From contig NC_043002.1 in NCBI RefSeq assembly GCF_006345805.1, forward strand, positions 15,624,001 through 15,688,000: a stretch of 64,000 bases of DNA. The letters are read 5' to 3'. This DNA is from Octopus sinensis (taxonomy: Eukaryota). A model generated the notes under the pieces. It saw nothing but the letters and a program-made list of their open reading frames with translations. It ran no database searches and was not told the DNA's origin. The position numbers were made by a program, and so were the translations under genes. This document shows, in pieces, positions 27,347 to 41,575 of this stretch (positions are counted from its first letter, which is position 1; each line of letters begins with the position of its first letter).

Positions 27347-27381
<35 letters not shown>

Positions 27382-27664
27382 AATAATGAAGGGTGAAATT
27401 AATTAATTTGGAATAATTATCAATTACACCAAGTAGTCTTCGGCATGTAAAAGCCTCATTCGAGGAAAATTTAAGTAATACTAAGCAATAAGGGTTTAGC
27501 AACGAATTGCCTTACCACATACCGAATTTAGAAATAGCAGTCAAAGGGTTATAGCTATTTCTTCTACTAAAAAGGGAGATCTCAGTAAAAACAGCAATTG
27601 GAAGGCTGACACAAACAGGTAAGAGAGAATGAATAACTGCAATCTATCAAACATTTTAAAGTTA

Positions 27665-27770
27665 TCTACGGACGTACGTTTCGAAATCAAGTTTTTAGAA
27701 AGCATAAGAATTAAATATTAAATATTAAATAATTCTATCTTACCGAAACTTCTTTTCTCTTCAGCGTAGA
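27665..27770 (-). ncRNA. type I hammerhead ribozyme motif
   Basis: Mirror image of 27839-27945. Confidence 0.85.
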
Positions 27771-27838
27771 ATACTATAATCATAAATGATTATATATTGA
27801 ATTTAAATTCAATATATAATCATTTATGATTATAGTAT

Positions 27839-27945
27839 TCTACGCTGAAGAGAAAAGAAGTTTCGGTAAGATAGAATTATTTAATATTTAATATTTAATT
27901 CTTATGCTTTCCTAAAAACTTGATTTCGAAACGTACGTCCGTAGA
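27839..27945 (+). ncRNA. type I hammerhead ribozyme motif
   Basis: tctacg-CTGAAGA(27845-51)-long AU-rich stem II-GAAA(27928-31)-C-gtac-GTC-cgtaga; palindromic ACGTACGT stem III. Confidence 0.87.
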
Positions 27946-28128
27946 TAACTTTAAAATTTTTGATAGATTGCAGTTAATTCATTCTCTCTTACCTGTTTGT
28001 GTCAGCCTTCCAATTGCTGTTTTTACTGAGATCTCCCTTTTTAGTTGAAGAAATAGCTATAACCCTTTGACTGCTATTTCTAAATTCGGTATGTGTAAGG
28101 CAATTCGTTGCTAAACCCTTATTGCTTA

Positions 28129-28171
<43 letters not shown>

Positions 28172-28479
28172 TATATATATTATGCATGTATATAAACATT
28201 TGTAACGTTGGTTTTAATCGAAAATGACCCCATATTGGGGCACACCGCTTTTGGTTTCATTGTTTATTTTCTATTTCACTCCAATACCTGATTCCGTCTT
28301 TATAACTGATTCTTTCGAAGTATTCTGTTGAACTGAATTGATCGTCATTACGTCTCCTGTCACATTGTCGTATAAGACTGTTTGTGCTTTCATGAGCTGC
28401 ATTAGTCTGACACTCGCACCCAATGCTGCTTTTATTGAGATTTCTTATTAAAAGATCAAGAGGAAATATAGCCCCACTG

Positions 28480-28832
28480 AAAACTGAAATAAGACTCATA
28501 CTATATGCTGTGAAGTGACAATTATGTCCTTAGTCATACAGTGAGCCACTGTCACCAACTATGTCGATGATACACAATTATCGCATGCAGTGAAGAAAAC
28601 AGGTCACATCCTAAATTTGCAGAAATAACTGAATGCTATATACAACTAGGCTGATAAATATGACATGCAGTTCGATGTTGGAAATTTGTAAGCTCTCTAC
28701 TATCGGCCCAAAATGAATACAAAGAATCGAAGAATTCTATAATCTCACTTCAAATTGGTGTGTCGGTGCGTAAGACAGAACGCATATATGTAATGATATT
28801 ATGTTCTAGGATATATTAGGAAGATGACAACC
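28480..28832 (+). mobile_element. CR1/L2-group LINE RT fragment
   Basis: ATVTNYVDDTQL...LQK*LNAIYN*ADKYDMQF; related to 10400-11300. Confidence 0.75.
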
Positions 28833-28918
<86 letters not shown>

Positions 28919-29452
28919 CATATATATGTATATGATAAAAAAGATGACAAAGATATGCTATGATATCATCTCGATTATATGTTATGTGTGCCTGTATGTG
29001 TTTGCATAGAGTTTGTTAGTAACTAGAACCTCACAGTTGCTATAATTTCCACTGTTAATTTCGTGTTTTTCTTTTTTTTACAGTTAATTATAAATGCTTT
29101 GGGCTCACTTATATAGACACGGTGTATTGGAAATTTGTTACTAAATGTTATTTCTTGTATGGATTCGATATAATCTACGATTGTAGAATTAGTATTATAT
29201 ATGAGATTGAATACCTGGAATATGTGTATGTAGTAAGAAAAAAATACCAACGAGAAAACTCAGAGTAGCAATATGTATGTAAAAAAAAAAGAAAAACTAG
29301 AAACCAGTGGGTCAAGAATTTCAGATTTGTATCAGAAATGGAAAATTTGAAAAATCAGCATGTCTAAAATTGATAAAAGACAAAACAGTTTTAGATGAGA
29401 AGGGAAAATTGTAAACAACATTGCTTTGCTGCGTTGATATAAGCAGTTCTAA

Positions 29453-29660
29453 GGCAGCGAACTGGCAGAAACGATAGCACGCCGGGCGAAAAGCTTAGTG
29501 GTATTTCGTCTGTTTTTACATTCTGAGTTCAAATTCCGCCGAGGTCGACTTTGTCTTTCATTGTTTCGTGATCAATTAATTAAGTGCCAGTTGCGTTGTG
29601 GTGTCGATCTATTTTGACTGTCCCCATCCACCCAAATCTCGGGCCTTGTGCCTGGAGTAA
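29453..29660 (+). mobile_element. SINE family D
   Basis: ggcagcgaactggcagaa...gagttcaaattccgccgaggtcgacttt. Confidence 0.82.
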
Positions 29661-30354
29661 CGGATATATATCTTTTTATTATTCAACGTTGTATTCCCAA
29701 ACGTTGACCAATAATCAATAATATATTCGCCCTCTTGAGTGTGTGGTTTTGAAGACTGTTTTGCAAATATGGGATTTCTAGTTCAGTTCCCCTGCGCCGC
29801 AAAACACGATTAAGCGCTTCCTTTTATATAAGTATAACATCAAGAAATTCCAAATAGATATCAAATTTTTGAAATTATCATCAGTGTCTGCTTTTCGAGT
29901 TAGTAATGCTTCACCATATTACTTGAAATTAAACCGTGGAAGCAACCTGTTACATTAATATCCAATTTAATGCCGCAATATAAAATATTAGGCAGGTACA
30001 TAATTATTGCGTTTTCATTCTTCAACAAATTTTATTCAACATATAACGAAGTATCTTAAAATGGATATTTCGGAGCATATTCACCATCTACTTCAATTAC
30101 CGCTTTCCATTTGCTTGGCAGACTGCCAGACCGTCATTTTCAAGAAAATTTGTGGTGCAAAAGCCGCACTAATTATGCACCAACCCAATATATATCTATA
30201 ATGGAGGTGATACTAAAAATATCATTTGAGGAAAAAGTTTATACCATTGAGATAACGACAAAAATGATGATTTAAGAAAGTAGATAAAAAGGCATAAAGT
30301 GTAATACTTAAACATTCAGCTTGTGTACATCGTTATTATTTTGTTCTCCTTTAA

Positions 30355-30780
30355 GGCAGTGAGCAAGCAGAATCGTTAGCACACCGTGCGAAATGCTTAG
30401 CAGCATTTCGTCTGCCATTACGTTCTGAGTTCAAATTCCGCCGAGGTCGACTTTACCTTTTATTCTTTCGGGGTCGACTAAATAAGTACCAGTTACGCAC
30501 TGGGGTCGATATAATCGATTTAATCCGTTTGTCTCTCCTTGTCTGTCCACGCTGTGTGTAGCCCCTTGTGGGCAGTAAAGAAATAAGAAACGTTAGCACG
30601 TCAAGCAAAATGGTATTTGCCCGTCTTGGAGTTCATAGTTTAAATTCCACCGAGGTCGACGTTACCTTTAATATTTCGGGGTAGATAAATCAAGTACCAG
30701 TTGAGTACTGGAGTCGATACAATTGACTGTACTCCTCTCCACAAAATATTGTGCCTATAGTAGATAGGATTATATTTTTG
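30355..30780 (+). mobile_element. SINE family D, tandem/dimeric copy
   Basis: Full unit to ~30587, then a second diverged unit. Confidence 0.82.
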
Positions 30781-31816
30781 TTCTTCTCATTAATATTTTT
30801 CCTTATATTCAGTCAAAATCTTCACTCTGTTACAAAAAGAACCGTGAGCATGATGGACTACAGACGTCTATTACGCTTCCCCAGCTTTCTATTACGCTTT
30901 TACGTCTATTACGCATCCCCAGTTTTCCTTGTCATGTATATAATTTTATAATTTATTTTTCGTCTATGAATTTAATACGTTTGTTCGTTTGCTTTTATAG
31001 TACGTTGTCAAAGGTTGTCTGAAGAAAACTTTTATCCTATGTTACTTATTCATTCTCAAATATCGTGTTGTCACTTTCTTAATAGAGTTCAAATTAGATT
31101 ATGTAGTTTGGACGCTTTTTTTCTAATTTCTTCTTCCTTCACAAGTTAAATGTTTAACCTGCTGAATATTCAGTGTTATTTGTTTATTTAATTCTTGCTG
31201 TTATTTTGTCATATGGTTTTTTTTTCTATTACATTTAGCCTTTCTCTTTGAAATGGAAGTCTGTAAAACATAGATTGGGGTCACGTTGTGGAGACTTGCA
31301 TCAAAGATCGACTGTTGACCGGTTCATAAAGAAGAGAAAATTGAAATGCTCTGAGTATTATTTAAAGTCGAGACATTTACGAAACGGTGTAGCTGAAGTA
31401 AAATGCACTGTAATACTTCGGAGAAAGAATTACTGAAAATATACCAAACACACGGCATAAATCACTGCAAATAACGTCGAAAATTACATTTCATTCTGTA
31501 CGTTTGTCCCTTGCGTAACGCTTTATTCAGTCTGGGCAATCGGGGCATTATTATAATATGCAAATATATATCGTTTGTATTCATATACGATGGCATGGAA
31601 GTCCATGTCATACTATTTCCAGATTTCATTTTATCAATCACATTATCGATATACTTTCATTCACCTCTAAAATACGAGAGGCAAAATCTAAGCTATATAT
31701 GTGTGTATGTGTGTGTTTGTGTGTGTATGTGTATACGTATTATATATATGTATGTGTGAGTGTGTGTGTGGGTTATGTATAGATGTTTGTATCTACGCAT
31801 ATGAGTGCATTTGTTA

Positions 31817-31860
<44 letters not shown>

Positions 31861-32756
31861 GAGTGCGTATCTATGAGTTTTTGTGTGACGCTACGTGCAT
31901 CTTTGTGTATATATGTGTACTCAAAATTTGGAACTTGAAGACATTTACTCAGATTTTGCAAATTTCACTTTAATGGGCAGGTTAACGGGTTTTCGTAATT
32001 CAAGCTAATATTATATGCATTAGAGTGGTTTTATGATTTACATAACAGTATCGATTTCATTTGGTGGTTCATAAATATCATTTTCTCATTTTTCTTATTT
32101 ACCACCGATTTTCGCCCACCAATGTACTATTCTTTCTCACTTCACTGGCTTCCTTCAGCATTATAACCAAGTTGTCATTCGTTTATTATTCATGATCTGT
32201 TTATTGCATTTCATTGTCCATTTTGGTAATTGTCATATTACCAAAGTCATATTACCAAAGTCTGCTTAAAGTCTTCATCATAGAATCATGTGTAAAGTAA
32301 TGAATTTATAAGTATGTACTAGTTTTCTAGGTATCTCCACCTTTGATAATTATATACTGATGTTGTCGTCACATTTATTATGTGATCGCGGTGATAAAAC
32401 TTTTGACTGGGGCAGATGATTCCTAGATACATTAACATCTAATATATATGATGGAGAAACAACGTAGCTCAAAACAATGTCTTTTATCAGAAAGGAAAGA
32501 ATCTGTGATTCAATAATTGAATAATTTTCCTTATTGACCAAAGCCAGAATAACTCCATCAATGCCTGGTTGATCAACTGCCAGCTGTCGTTGTAAAATAT
32601 TCATATATTGAAAACAGATCTTATGTAATTATTGGACTTCTTTGCGAAATTCGTGTTTAAGGAGAATATCGCCTAAATAAAGTACATAAATTTTGTAGAG
32701 TAATTCTGCATGAACTGTTTCCTTAATTGAAACAAAATTATCACTTTTGTAAAGGA

Positions 32757-33165
32757 CTAGCACTATGACCCGGTGTTGCCGGGTCTAGTGCTAGTGCTTG
32801 TTGTTCGTTGTCGGGTCGCAGTAAAATTTCCTCACTAAATCAAGAGCTAAGTTTCTTATCACATTTCAGCCCGGGCTAGTTTTGTTGTTTATGAGCAAGA
32901 TGGAGCTTTTTGTGAGAGTAGTTAATATTCATTGGACCTCTGCAATGTCCCTTTACCTATAACTTCTGGGTATAAGGGGTCGGTTTACCGAATTTTTTTA
33001 ATGGCTTTCTGGGATGACTGGGGAAATTAAAAGATCTTGACGACCACCCTCAGACAGTTTTGAAAGCCCATGGAAAATGCGAGATTTTTGCGTGAAAAAC
33101 TGTGGATTTATATAAAGGATACACAGACACACAAATAGACATTTTGCCATTTATAGACATAGAGA
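32757..33165 (-). mobile_element. non-autonomous Helitron, family 2
   Basis: Minus strand 5' A|TCTCTAT, 3' hairpin gacccggcaacaccgggtc followed by CTAG|T. Confidence 0.75.
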
Positions 33166-34806
33166 TTACAAAAAACTTAGTACGACGCACTATCAGTCAT
33201 AATATTCCATTTCAATGTGTGGTAATGAGTATTTTTCCAACAGAAATTTTAAGAATTTGAATGCTGCTAATCTCCAAAAATCCTGTACGAGTTAAATATT
33301 TTTATATGTCTCTCTCATTTATGAAATTTGTGTCACGTATTTACTGATAAACCAATAAATGTTGTGTTAATAAGTTTGCAACAGATTTCGATAGTATATA
33401 CCAAAAATTATATCGAATTATTTCGAGTTTTAAATACGTTTGGCAGACCTTTGAATACTCTGCTACTCATTTTGCGAAAACCTATTTTGACACAACAAAA
33501 ACTATAATGTAACACTGTCAGAAATATATTTAAATTCGTTGAATCTTAATGTTGCGACCACGACTAACAAGCATCAATGTATCTAAATGGGAACATTTAG
33601 ATTCAAAGTCTTCTACATAATACCTTTGCTGAGCTTTTATTGGAATATGCCACTAAGTTTGTAAACTGAAATAAAATATTGTTCCCAGATAGGACAAGCA
33701 GTGTAATTCTTGGTAACATATAAAAGTTGCGATATAAAATATACTAACTCATCAGTAGCATGTATTGGGAAAACATAGTATGAACTTCATATTGGTTGAA
33801 AAATCAATAAGGTGTCATTTGCGATTTTCATTGTTTTGTTCGTAGATTAGTCACTTCCTGCAGTAAATCAATACTTTCTGTAATGAATTCTTTGACGTCG
33901 TAGCAAACTGGATATCGTTGCAATTGGTTATCGAAAACTTATAGTTGGTATAGCAATATGCTTTGAATTAGGGGCTAAAGTAATATAATATATTATATAT
34001 GAAATCTTCCAGTAAGCAAAGTGACATTGATAGTATGAAGCAGGCTACGCTGACCCTTAATCTTAAACTACACTGAAGAACTCTGAAACAACAGGAATCA
34101 TTGTTCTTGTATAACCTCCGAGAAGAGACTATAGCTAATAGTAATTACTATCATAAAAAAGTTTCGACATATATCAAATCTTCATATTCACATATGTGAG
34201 GAGGTAAACATTATCGGCACCAAAATACATATTCGTCCCTGAATCATTTAATGGGCATTGCTCTTCGAAATATTAGCTTTGGAAACTCAATTACTATCTA
34301 TTTCTCCCATATCAACAGAAGCCTCTATTGACTTTGTCCATTAGGATATTAACGGACGCATAAGAACATGTGAGATACAGAGAATGTAAATAACATAATA
34401 CATTTCGAAAGATTAAGGTGTTTCAGTGCAGTTTATTAGCTGTCATATGAAAGTGCACTATGTATTCACCATATATATCATAAAACCGAGAATATTTTGG
34501 TTCTTTTCGTTCATAATAAAAATATGTTGTGTTAGGCTACATGTCTTCGCTTATACTAAAGGAGTTTCTAGCCGCAATAGTATTTAGGAAGATATCTTGA
34601 ATTATAAATTCCGTTGTACTTTAGTACCTAGTCTTCTGGTTTAGTGTCCAATCTTACTATTTCTTCATCCACCGTTACAGACACAATATATAGATAGTGA
34701 CTATATGTGTATGTGTCCGTATACGTAAACGTCTATATATGTATATATATATAAGCATAATATAAAATATATAGTATGATATATGCGTATATATATATAT
34801 ATATAA

Positions 34807-34837
<31 letters not shown>

Positions 34838-34877
34838 GTACATATATACATATGCACGCCCGTGTGTATAAGTAAAG

Positions 34878-34928
<51 letters not shown>

Positions 34929-36144
34929 AAAAGAAGGAAAATGCACACTCTTTGCATACATACATTCATTGATACACACATGCATACATACATATATAAA
35001 TACATAAATACATACATACTTCCTTATATGCATAAATACTTCCCTGCATACATACATACATACGTACACACATACATACATTCATCATGTCGTGTAACTA
35101 ATAATGTTCGACTATAACCTCCAAAATTAAAACAGTCCATATGATATAATTTCTTAACTCAAGCAAGATACATAGATGGATTGTGTTATGTATTTCGGAA
35201 ATGATGCTTCGCAAAAACTACTGTCATTGGTGTATTGTAATTACTCTGAGAATATCGATCGTTACCTACGATATATAAAAATCGCAACCGGCGCTAAATG
35301 TAGTAACATTCATAGATATGAAGTTAACGAGAGTTGGTGCGGAACATGGTCAGTAAATCTAGTAAGCATATATTCGAAGTTATATAGCTATATTCTAAAT
35401 TTTAAAAATGTGGAAGCCAATTGACAAAACATTGTATTCGTCGAATATCCGATGCGCTATTCTATGTAGATGACATCCGTTACCTAACCATTCGTAAAGT
35501 ATAACGTTGAAACATTCGTATATTAATGATATTGTTTAAAAGATAATGAGAGGCTCATCATCAGGCTTATGCACAGTGGACCCGTTTGTCATAAAGTACA
35601 AAGCATATTGCTAGAAGTTAGAACCCCAACATGTTATGGGGGAATAATAGATACTAGAAGACTTACCCATAGAGAGTTGTGATTCTAAAATCTAGCATCA
35701 TTTTCTCTACCATATAATTAACGAGTCTTCTTTGAAGGCTAAGTTGTCACTTCGGTAGAAATTAATTGATGTATCCAACAGGTCGTGTGAGATCATGTGG
35801 TATCGTTTATTGACGCGAGGCAATCTTTTTCTTTCTTTGTTTTTTGTTTTTTTGGAACTGTAGGCAAAGATTGTTGGTCTGGAATTTATTGATTCTTCCT
35901 CATACCAAATATACTCCATGAATTTTTTCATTTCCAAAATGTTTCCGATATATATACCTAAATTAATTCCAGTCACGTTTTTTCGATCAACAACTACTAT
36001 CAACATTCATCTAGATATTATTATAAACAAGCATACACATATAATCAAACAATCATATATGAATACATGACCATCAGGGTGAAGCAATTACTGAACACAA
36101 TATTATGGATTAAATGTGATACATACATACATATATATACATAC

Positions 36145-36188
<44 letters not shown>

Positions 36189-36204
36189 ACATATATATGT
36201 GTTA

Positions 36205-36259
<55 letters not shown>

Positions 36260-36296
36260 GAATATATATGCATATATATATGTATATATATATATT

Positions 36297-36359
<63 letters not shown>

Positions 36360-37589
36360 CGTGTATATATATATATTATATATATATATACATGTATATA
36401 TGTATATATGTACGTACGTATGTAGGCATAAATATATGTATTACAAAATATAGATTTATCAACGCAGCTGGTCATTATACATTCTGCAATCGAATGCCAA
36501 GCCAAATATTTTAGTTGCTAGTAGAATGATCTGAAATATCCACAAAGTTTTCTCTTTTCTATTAGCAACACCCATTTAACAAGGAAGAGAATTTGCTCTT
36601 ACAAATATCAACGTAGATGCACCAAGTTCGGTAATAAGGAACGTTATATAAGAAAATGATCTTAAGGAAATCAGTAAATACTTTACAAAACCAACGATTC
36701 CCATTAAATCAATAAGTATCTCCAGAAACCAAGATTTCCTATGCAAATGTACGAAGTATTTACATAAATCGACATTTGCAACCAATTCAGTAAACACTTA
36801 TACCAATAATCGATCCACGCCGTATCCGGAAGTTCTCATTTTAATCCCAAATCCCTTTAAATTATTCAGTGTGTATCCAAAGCAACAATTCTCACAAAAT
36901 TACTACGTACGTATCAAATCAAAAACTATATAATAATTCAATATACAAACATTATCAACACTTTCAAAAATTTCGAAGATAATACTGAAGAATCTGGACA
37001 CTAATAATTAATAATTGAATATCAGAAAACATTTATCAAAATAATGATATCCCATAGAGAGATATTCAATAATTAGTTTATGCCAACATATCTCGAAACC
37101 AATACATACGCTTAGTAAAAGAGCATTTCTCACAAAATTTGTAAATATGTATCAAATCTCATAATACCGGAAAATTTAACAAAACTTATGATGATTAATT
37201 ATTTGCCCGAAATTCGGAAATAATATTTACGTTCTGGTAGCTAATATATCCAAACACAAATACGCAAAATTTTATTAAAATACTCAACACATTATTAGCA
37301 AATTCATTTCTTAATCCAAAATAGCTTCCAAACCGGTAAATCCGAATCCAAAACTTGCTCTTCTTAAATGAAAATCACCAAACTTTTATCGAACTAATAC
37401 ACAGGAAGTTAGTCTATATTTATTATAATCCTAAATGACTTAAACATTTGTAAACATGGAGTCAATCCAAGAAGTATCTTGATTTTTACCTCCATCTTCG
37501 AATATAATATTGCACAGAACGTCGATAAATACATTTATAAACAAGCATTTCCACCAAATCAGGAACTATTTTACAATACCGAACTGATA

Positions 37590-37852
37590 TTTCATCCTTT
37601 CGGGGTCGATTAAATAAGTACCAGTTCCGCACTGGGTTCGATATAATCGACTTAATCCGTTTGTCCGTCTTTGTTTGTACCCTCTGTGTTTAGCCCCTTG
37701 TGGGTAGTAAAGAAATAGGTATTTCGTCTGTATTTACGTTCTGAGTTCAAATTCCGCCGAGGTCGACTTTGCCTTTCAACTTTTTGGGTGGATAAATTAA
37801 GTACGAGTTGCGTACTGGGGTCGATCTAATCGAATGGCCTCCTCCCCCAAAA
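37590..37852 (+). mobile_element. SINE family D, partial tandem units
   Basis: tttcatcctttcggggtcgattaaataagtacc... and gagttcaaattccgccgaggtcgac motifs. Confidence 0.82.
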
Positions 37853-37959
37853 TTTATTTAGGTTGCATTAAGCAAATATTGAATATGGCTGAGTGTGTTA
37901 GAAATACCTACATGTGTATATATGTATGACCACACACACACACACGCACACACACACAG

Positions 37960-37991
<32 letters not shown>

Positions 37992-38236
37992 GTATGTGTG
38001 TATGTATGTACATCTGTCTTCTCTGTATCTGTTTGTCCGCCTTCACTATCATTTGACAACAGCTGTTAGTATTTACCTCACCGTTACTCCGTGGTTCTGC
38101 AAAAGATTAAGGTATAATGTATATACGGATTAGCATAAATAGATACATAGATAGGGAGAAAGAGAGAGAGAGAGAAATATCAAAAACACAACTATTCAAC
38201 CTCGATGAGTTTTAAAAGTTTATCAATATACATATA

Positions 38237-38649
38237 GGCGTAGGAATGGCTGTGTCGTAATTAGCTTGCTTACGAACCACATTGTTCCGGGTTCAGTCCC
38301 ACTGCGTGGCACCTTGGTCAAGTGTCTTCTACTATAGCCTCGGGCCGACCAAAGCCTTGTGAGTGGATTTGGTAAACGGAAACTGAAAGAAGCCCGTCGT
38401 ATATATGTATATATGTATGTTTGTGCATATGTGTACATTTGTGTGTCTGTATTTGTCCCCCCAACATAGCTTGACAACCGATGGTGGTGTGTTTATGTCC
38501 CCAAAATCTAGCGGTTCGACAAAAGAGACCGATAGAATAAGTACTAGGCTTACAAAAAATATGTCCTGGTGTCGATTTGCTCGACTAAATGTGGTGCTCC
38601 AGTATGGCCACAGTCAAATGATTGAAACAAGTATAAGAGTAAAAGAATA
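38237..38649 (+). mobile_element. SINE family B
   Basis: ggcgtaggaatggc head, gggttcagtccc B box, internal TA/TG microsatellite, tail ending taaaagaata. Confidence 0.9.
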
Positions 38650-41115
38650 TATTTTAACAATCATATACGCCTACGCATCATACTCTATAAAGCAAATTTG
38701 TAGTTGCAATGCCCATGGAACAATGATTAGCGAATGCAATAAGTAGTATGAAGAAATACCGGCAAAATCAACTGCAGAACAGGACTTTATAAAATCAGGA
38801 AATCCAAACAAAGCCAGGTCATGCATATGAAATCTAGTATTTCCCACAAATAAGCATATAAATATATAGGAAAGAAACAGGCCGAAACATTTCGCAAAAA
38901 ATCAGTATTTCAAATCTAATAAACCCTATAAAACCAATAAATAATAATAAAAATCTGCAATAAGCACAAAAACATAAATACTTAGTTATAAGTATTTATG
39001 TTCCCTAAAATAGGGGAATACTTCTGAAAGAAACAAATTACCACAAAACGTATGTTTTTATGAAAACTAGTAATTTGGACAAAATCTAACTATGCTTTTG
39101 AAAATACATTTTTCAACACATTACCTAAAAATGAAGTAAATGCTGGTCGAAACCAACATTAGCAACGGCAGAAAATATTCATGGAAAACTGCAACACGTC
39201 AAATTAGGAAATATTTATCGAAAGAAACATTTTACTGTATACCAATGAAGAATGACTTCAGGGTGCACTCAAGCAATCAGCAACCATTAGGAAAATCGCG
39301 AAATATTTAACCTAACAATCACCAGGAAAATCAGTAAATACTGTGAAGGAATTTGCTCCCCACAAAACTAGTATATTCATATGCTAATCCGTAAAAGCGT
39401 AGGAGATAATCACTAGTTTTATCGCCAAAGGAAATATAATGAAATCCAAAATTTCAACCTCTTAACGATGTAAAAATATAGCATACATATTTTCTCGATT
39501 TGCATGAAAGTGCTACTAAACTCCCCTCATATTTTAAACATGCTTCTAAACAGGTTCATATCTCCGAACAGAGTTTCATATTGGATATTACTGAAAGAAA
39601 ACTGTTAAAGATGTGTTTGGAATGATAATGCTAAATAAAGAGATATTTACGGTTCAACACTAAACACTCACAAATACGAAATAAATTAACGTCAACACAG
39701 TTGTATCTGTATGACTTCACTCATATCATCATCATCATCATTATCGTATTCGTCGTGGTCGGCCACTTGCAATAATATTTACAGAACAAACGCCAAACAA
39801 ACGAAACAAAACAACTAGTGAACACTCGTTGCGCTTTTTACTTTTCCATCTAACAAAATCCAAATTTCCCTCGTAGCATAAACTGAAATCTTGAAATTAA
39901 TCATATCTGTATTATACTGATAAACATTTGGAATTCAAATCAACAATAGAATATATAAACAGTAAAATACAATTCTCAATGGAATATATCAAAGAACAGC
40001 TCCCGGTTAGAAGATGTGAATGTCCAGTCTGTGGAACATGCCTCAACCTACTTGAATGCTCGGATTTCCTTTTAAAACAAGGAGAGAAGTTCACAATTAA
40101 AACCAAGTTCACTTGTGCCTCTGAGAACCTAATTTATATAATAACCTGATCGGGCTGTTGACATCACTATATAGGATAGATGAGTATGACATTGAGACGG
40201 GGAACCACTCAACATACAGAGCAGATCCGCTTCCCGCAATACAGGCAGATTCCTTTAAGTGAACACATAGATAGATGTGCAGGTAGCATCAAACCAAATT
40301 TTAGATTTCCCCTTCCACCAGTGCAACAATACACTTTCTTTACAAGAACGTTTAAATAAATAAAATTTATTCATAGAAAAATACAGAACGCCGCTAAATA
40401 TACACACACAACCAACTTTGATCTCTATGAATATTTTAATTCACGATTACATACCCACCACTATACATATTTATCCACACTACACTAGTTTTTGAATTTT
40501 TGTGTACATATATATTCCCCACCTCTACCGAACGATGAACAATTATCTCCCCTGTCCACAATATTAATGATAAACAATTACCTCACCTTAGATTTGTCTA
40601 TTTGTTGAATCATTCATTTATATATTGCACACACATGGAAAAAACATTTGTTTAGAAAGTGCCTATTTAAATGAATTATAATGTCATGATTAGCGAAAGC
40701 GAAACCGGTAGAAAGACACAGTATATGTAAAGTGTGTGCATTTTCCTTCTTTAATTTTTAATATATTTATATATATATAATATCCTCCTATACTCTTTGA
40801 ATCCAGTAAATGTATAATGGTCATTGCTGGAATATTATTATTCATATGAAATTCACATGTTTCAGTAATTAAACTGCGGCTATGCTGGGACAGCGCCTTG
40901 AAGTTTTAGTCAAATGAATCAATCTCATTACTTATTTAATAAAGCGTCGTCTTATTCTATCTGTCTCTTTTGGAGAGCTGCTACGTTACGGGAACGTAAA
41001 CACACCAGCACTGGTTACCAAATGGGGATTGGACACAAACACACATACACCCTCACACACACATATATATGAAGAAGCCCGTCGTATATATATATATACA
41101 TATATATATATATAA

Positions 41116-41575
41116 ATTATATCAAATTAGAGATAAAACCACTATTAGGCAAATCATACAATGAAAAACTTAAGCCAATACATAAGATTATTTAATTTAT
41201 ATTATTTAAATATATAACAAAATTATTAAAAAAAATATTATTAATATAACACTACCAGTTCTTTGATTAAACCTCGCCAAGTTAAATATTTAAACTACCT
41301 GATGAATGACTGTAACTCGAACATTTAAAGAAATTAACAGCCATGAAACGATAGTAGTGTTATATTAATTATACTTTAAAAAATAATTTTGTTATATATT
41401 TAAATAATATAAATTAAATAATCTTATATATTGGCTTAAGTTTTTCATCGTATGATTTGCCTAATAGTGGTTTTATCTCTAATTTAATATAATATAATAT
41501 TTTACTATTAAATTGGATTCAATCCTAAATCTGATTTTTCCCTGTAAGTTTTGATTTATTCCCTAATATCTATTA
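41116..41575 (+). mobile_element. fold-back hammerhead element, ~140-bp arms
   Basis: Arms 41116-41255 and 41354-41493; spacer carries a hammerhead core; tail 41494-41575; TA flanks. Confidence 0.8.
41294..41358 (+). ncRNA. decayed hammerhead ribozyme motif
   Basis: actac-CTGATGA-atgactgt...acagccat-GAAA-cga-TA-gtagt; stem III damaged. Confidence 0.7.

Larger units (their letters stand above)
25368..27352 (-). mobile_element. 5'-truncated Penelope-like element with inverted pseudo-LTR, between (TA)n tracts
   Basis: GIY-YIG ORF; ~185-bp inverted repeat (25518-25700 vs 27172-27352), each arm holding a hammerhead; unpaired tail 25368-25517; (TA)n on both sides. Confidence 0.9.
27378..28132. 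mobile_element. fold-back hammerhead element (PLE pLTR-derived), 327-bp arms with no spacer
   Basis: Arms 27478-27804 and 27805-28132, centre gaattt|aaattc, few mismatches; tail 27378-27477; (TA)n on both sides. Confidence 0.88.

Noticed and set aside
32350-32604. 84-aa ORF MNILQRQLAVDQPG...
   Set aside because: No recognisable homology; length is compatible with chance.
34074-34095. ctgaaga...gaaac hammerhead-like spacing
   Set aside because: No stem I, II or III pairing and no NUH triplet in position.
39928-40149. ORF with CECPVCG zinc-ribbon-like motif
   Set aside because: Short and isolated; could be a transposase relic, but I see no further motif or terminus to support it.
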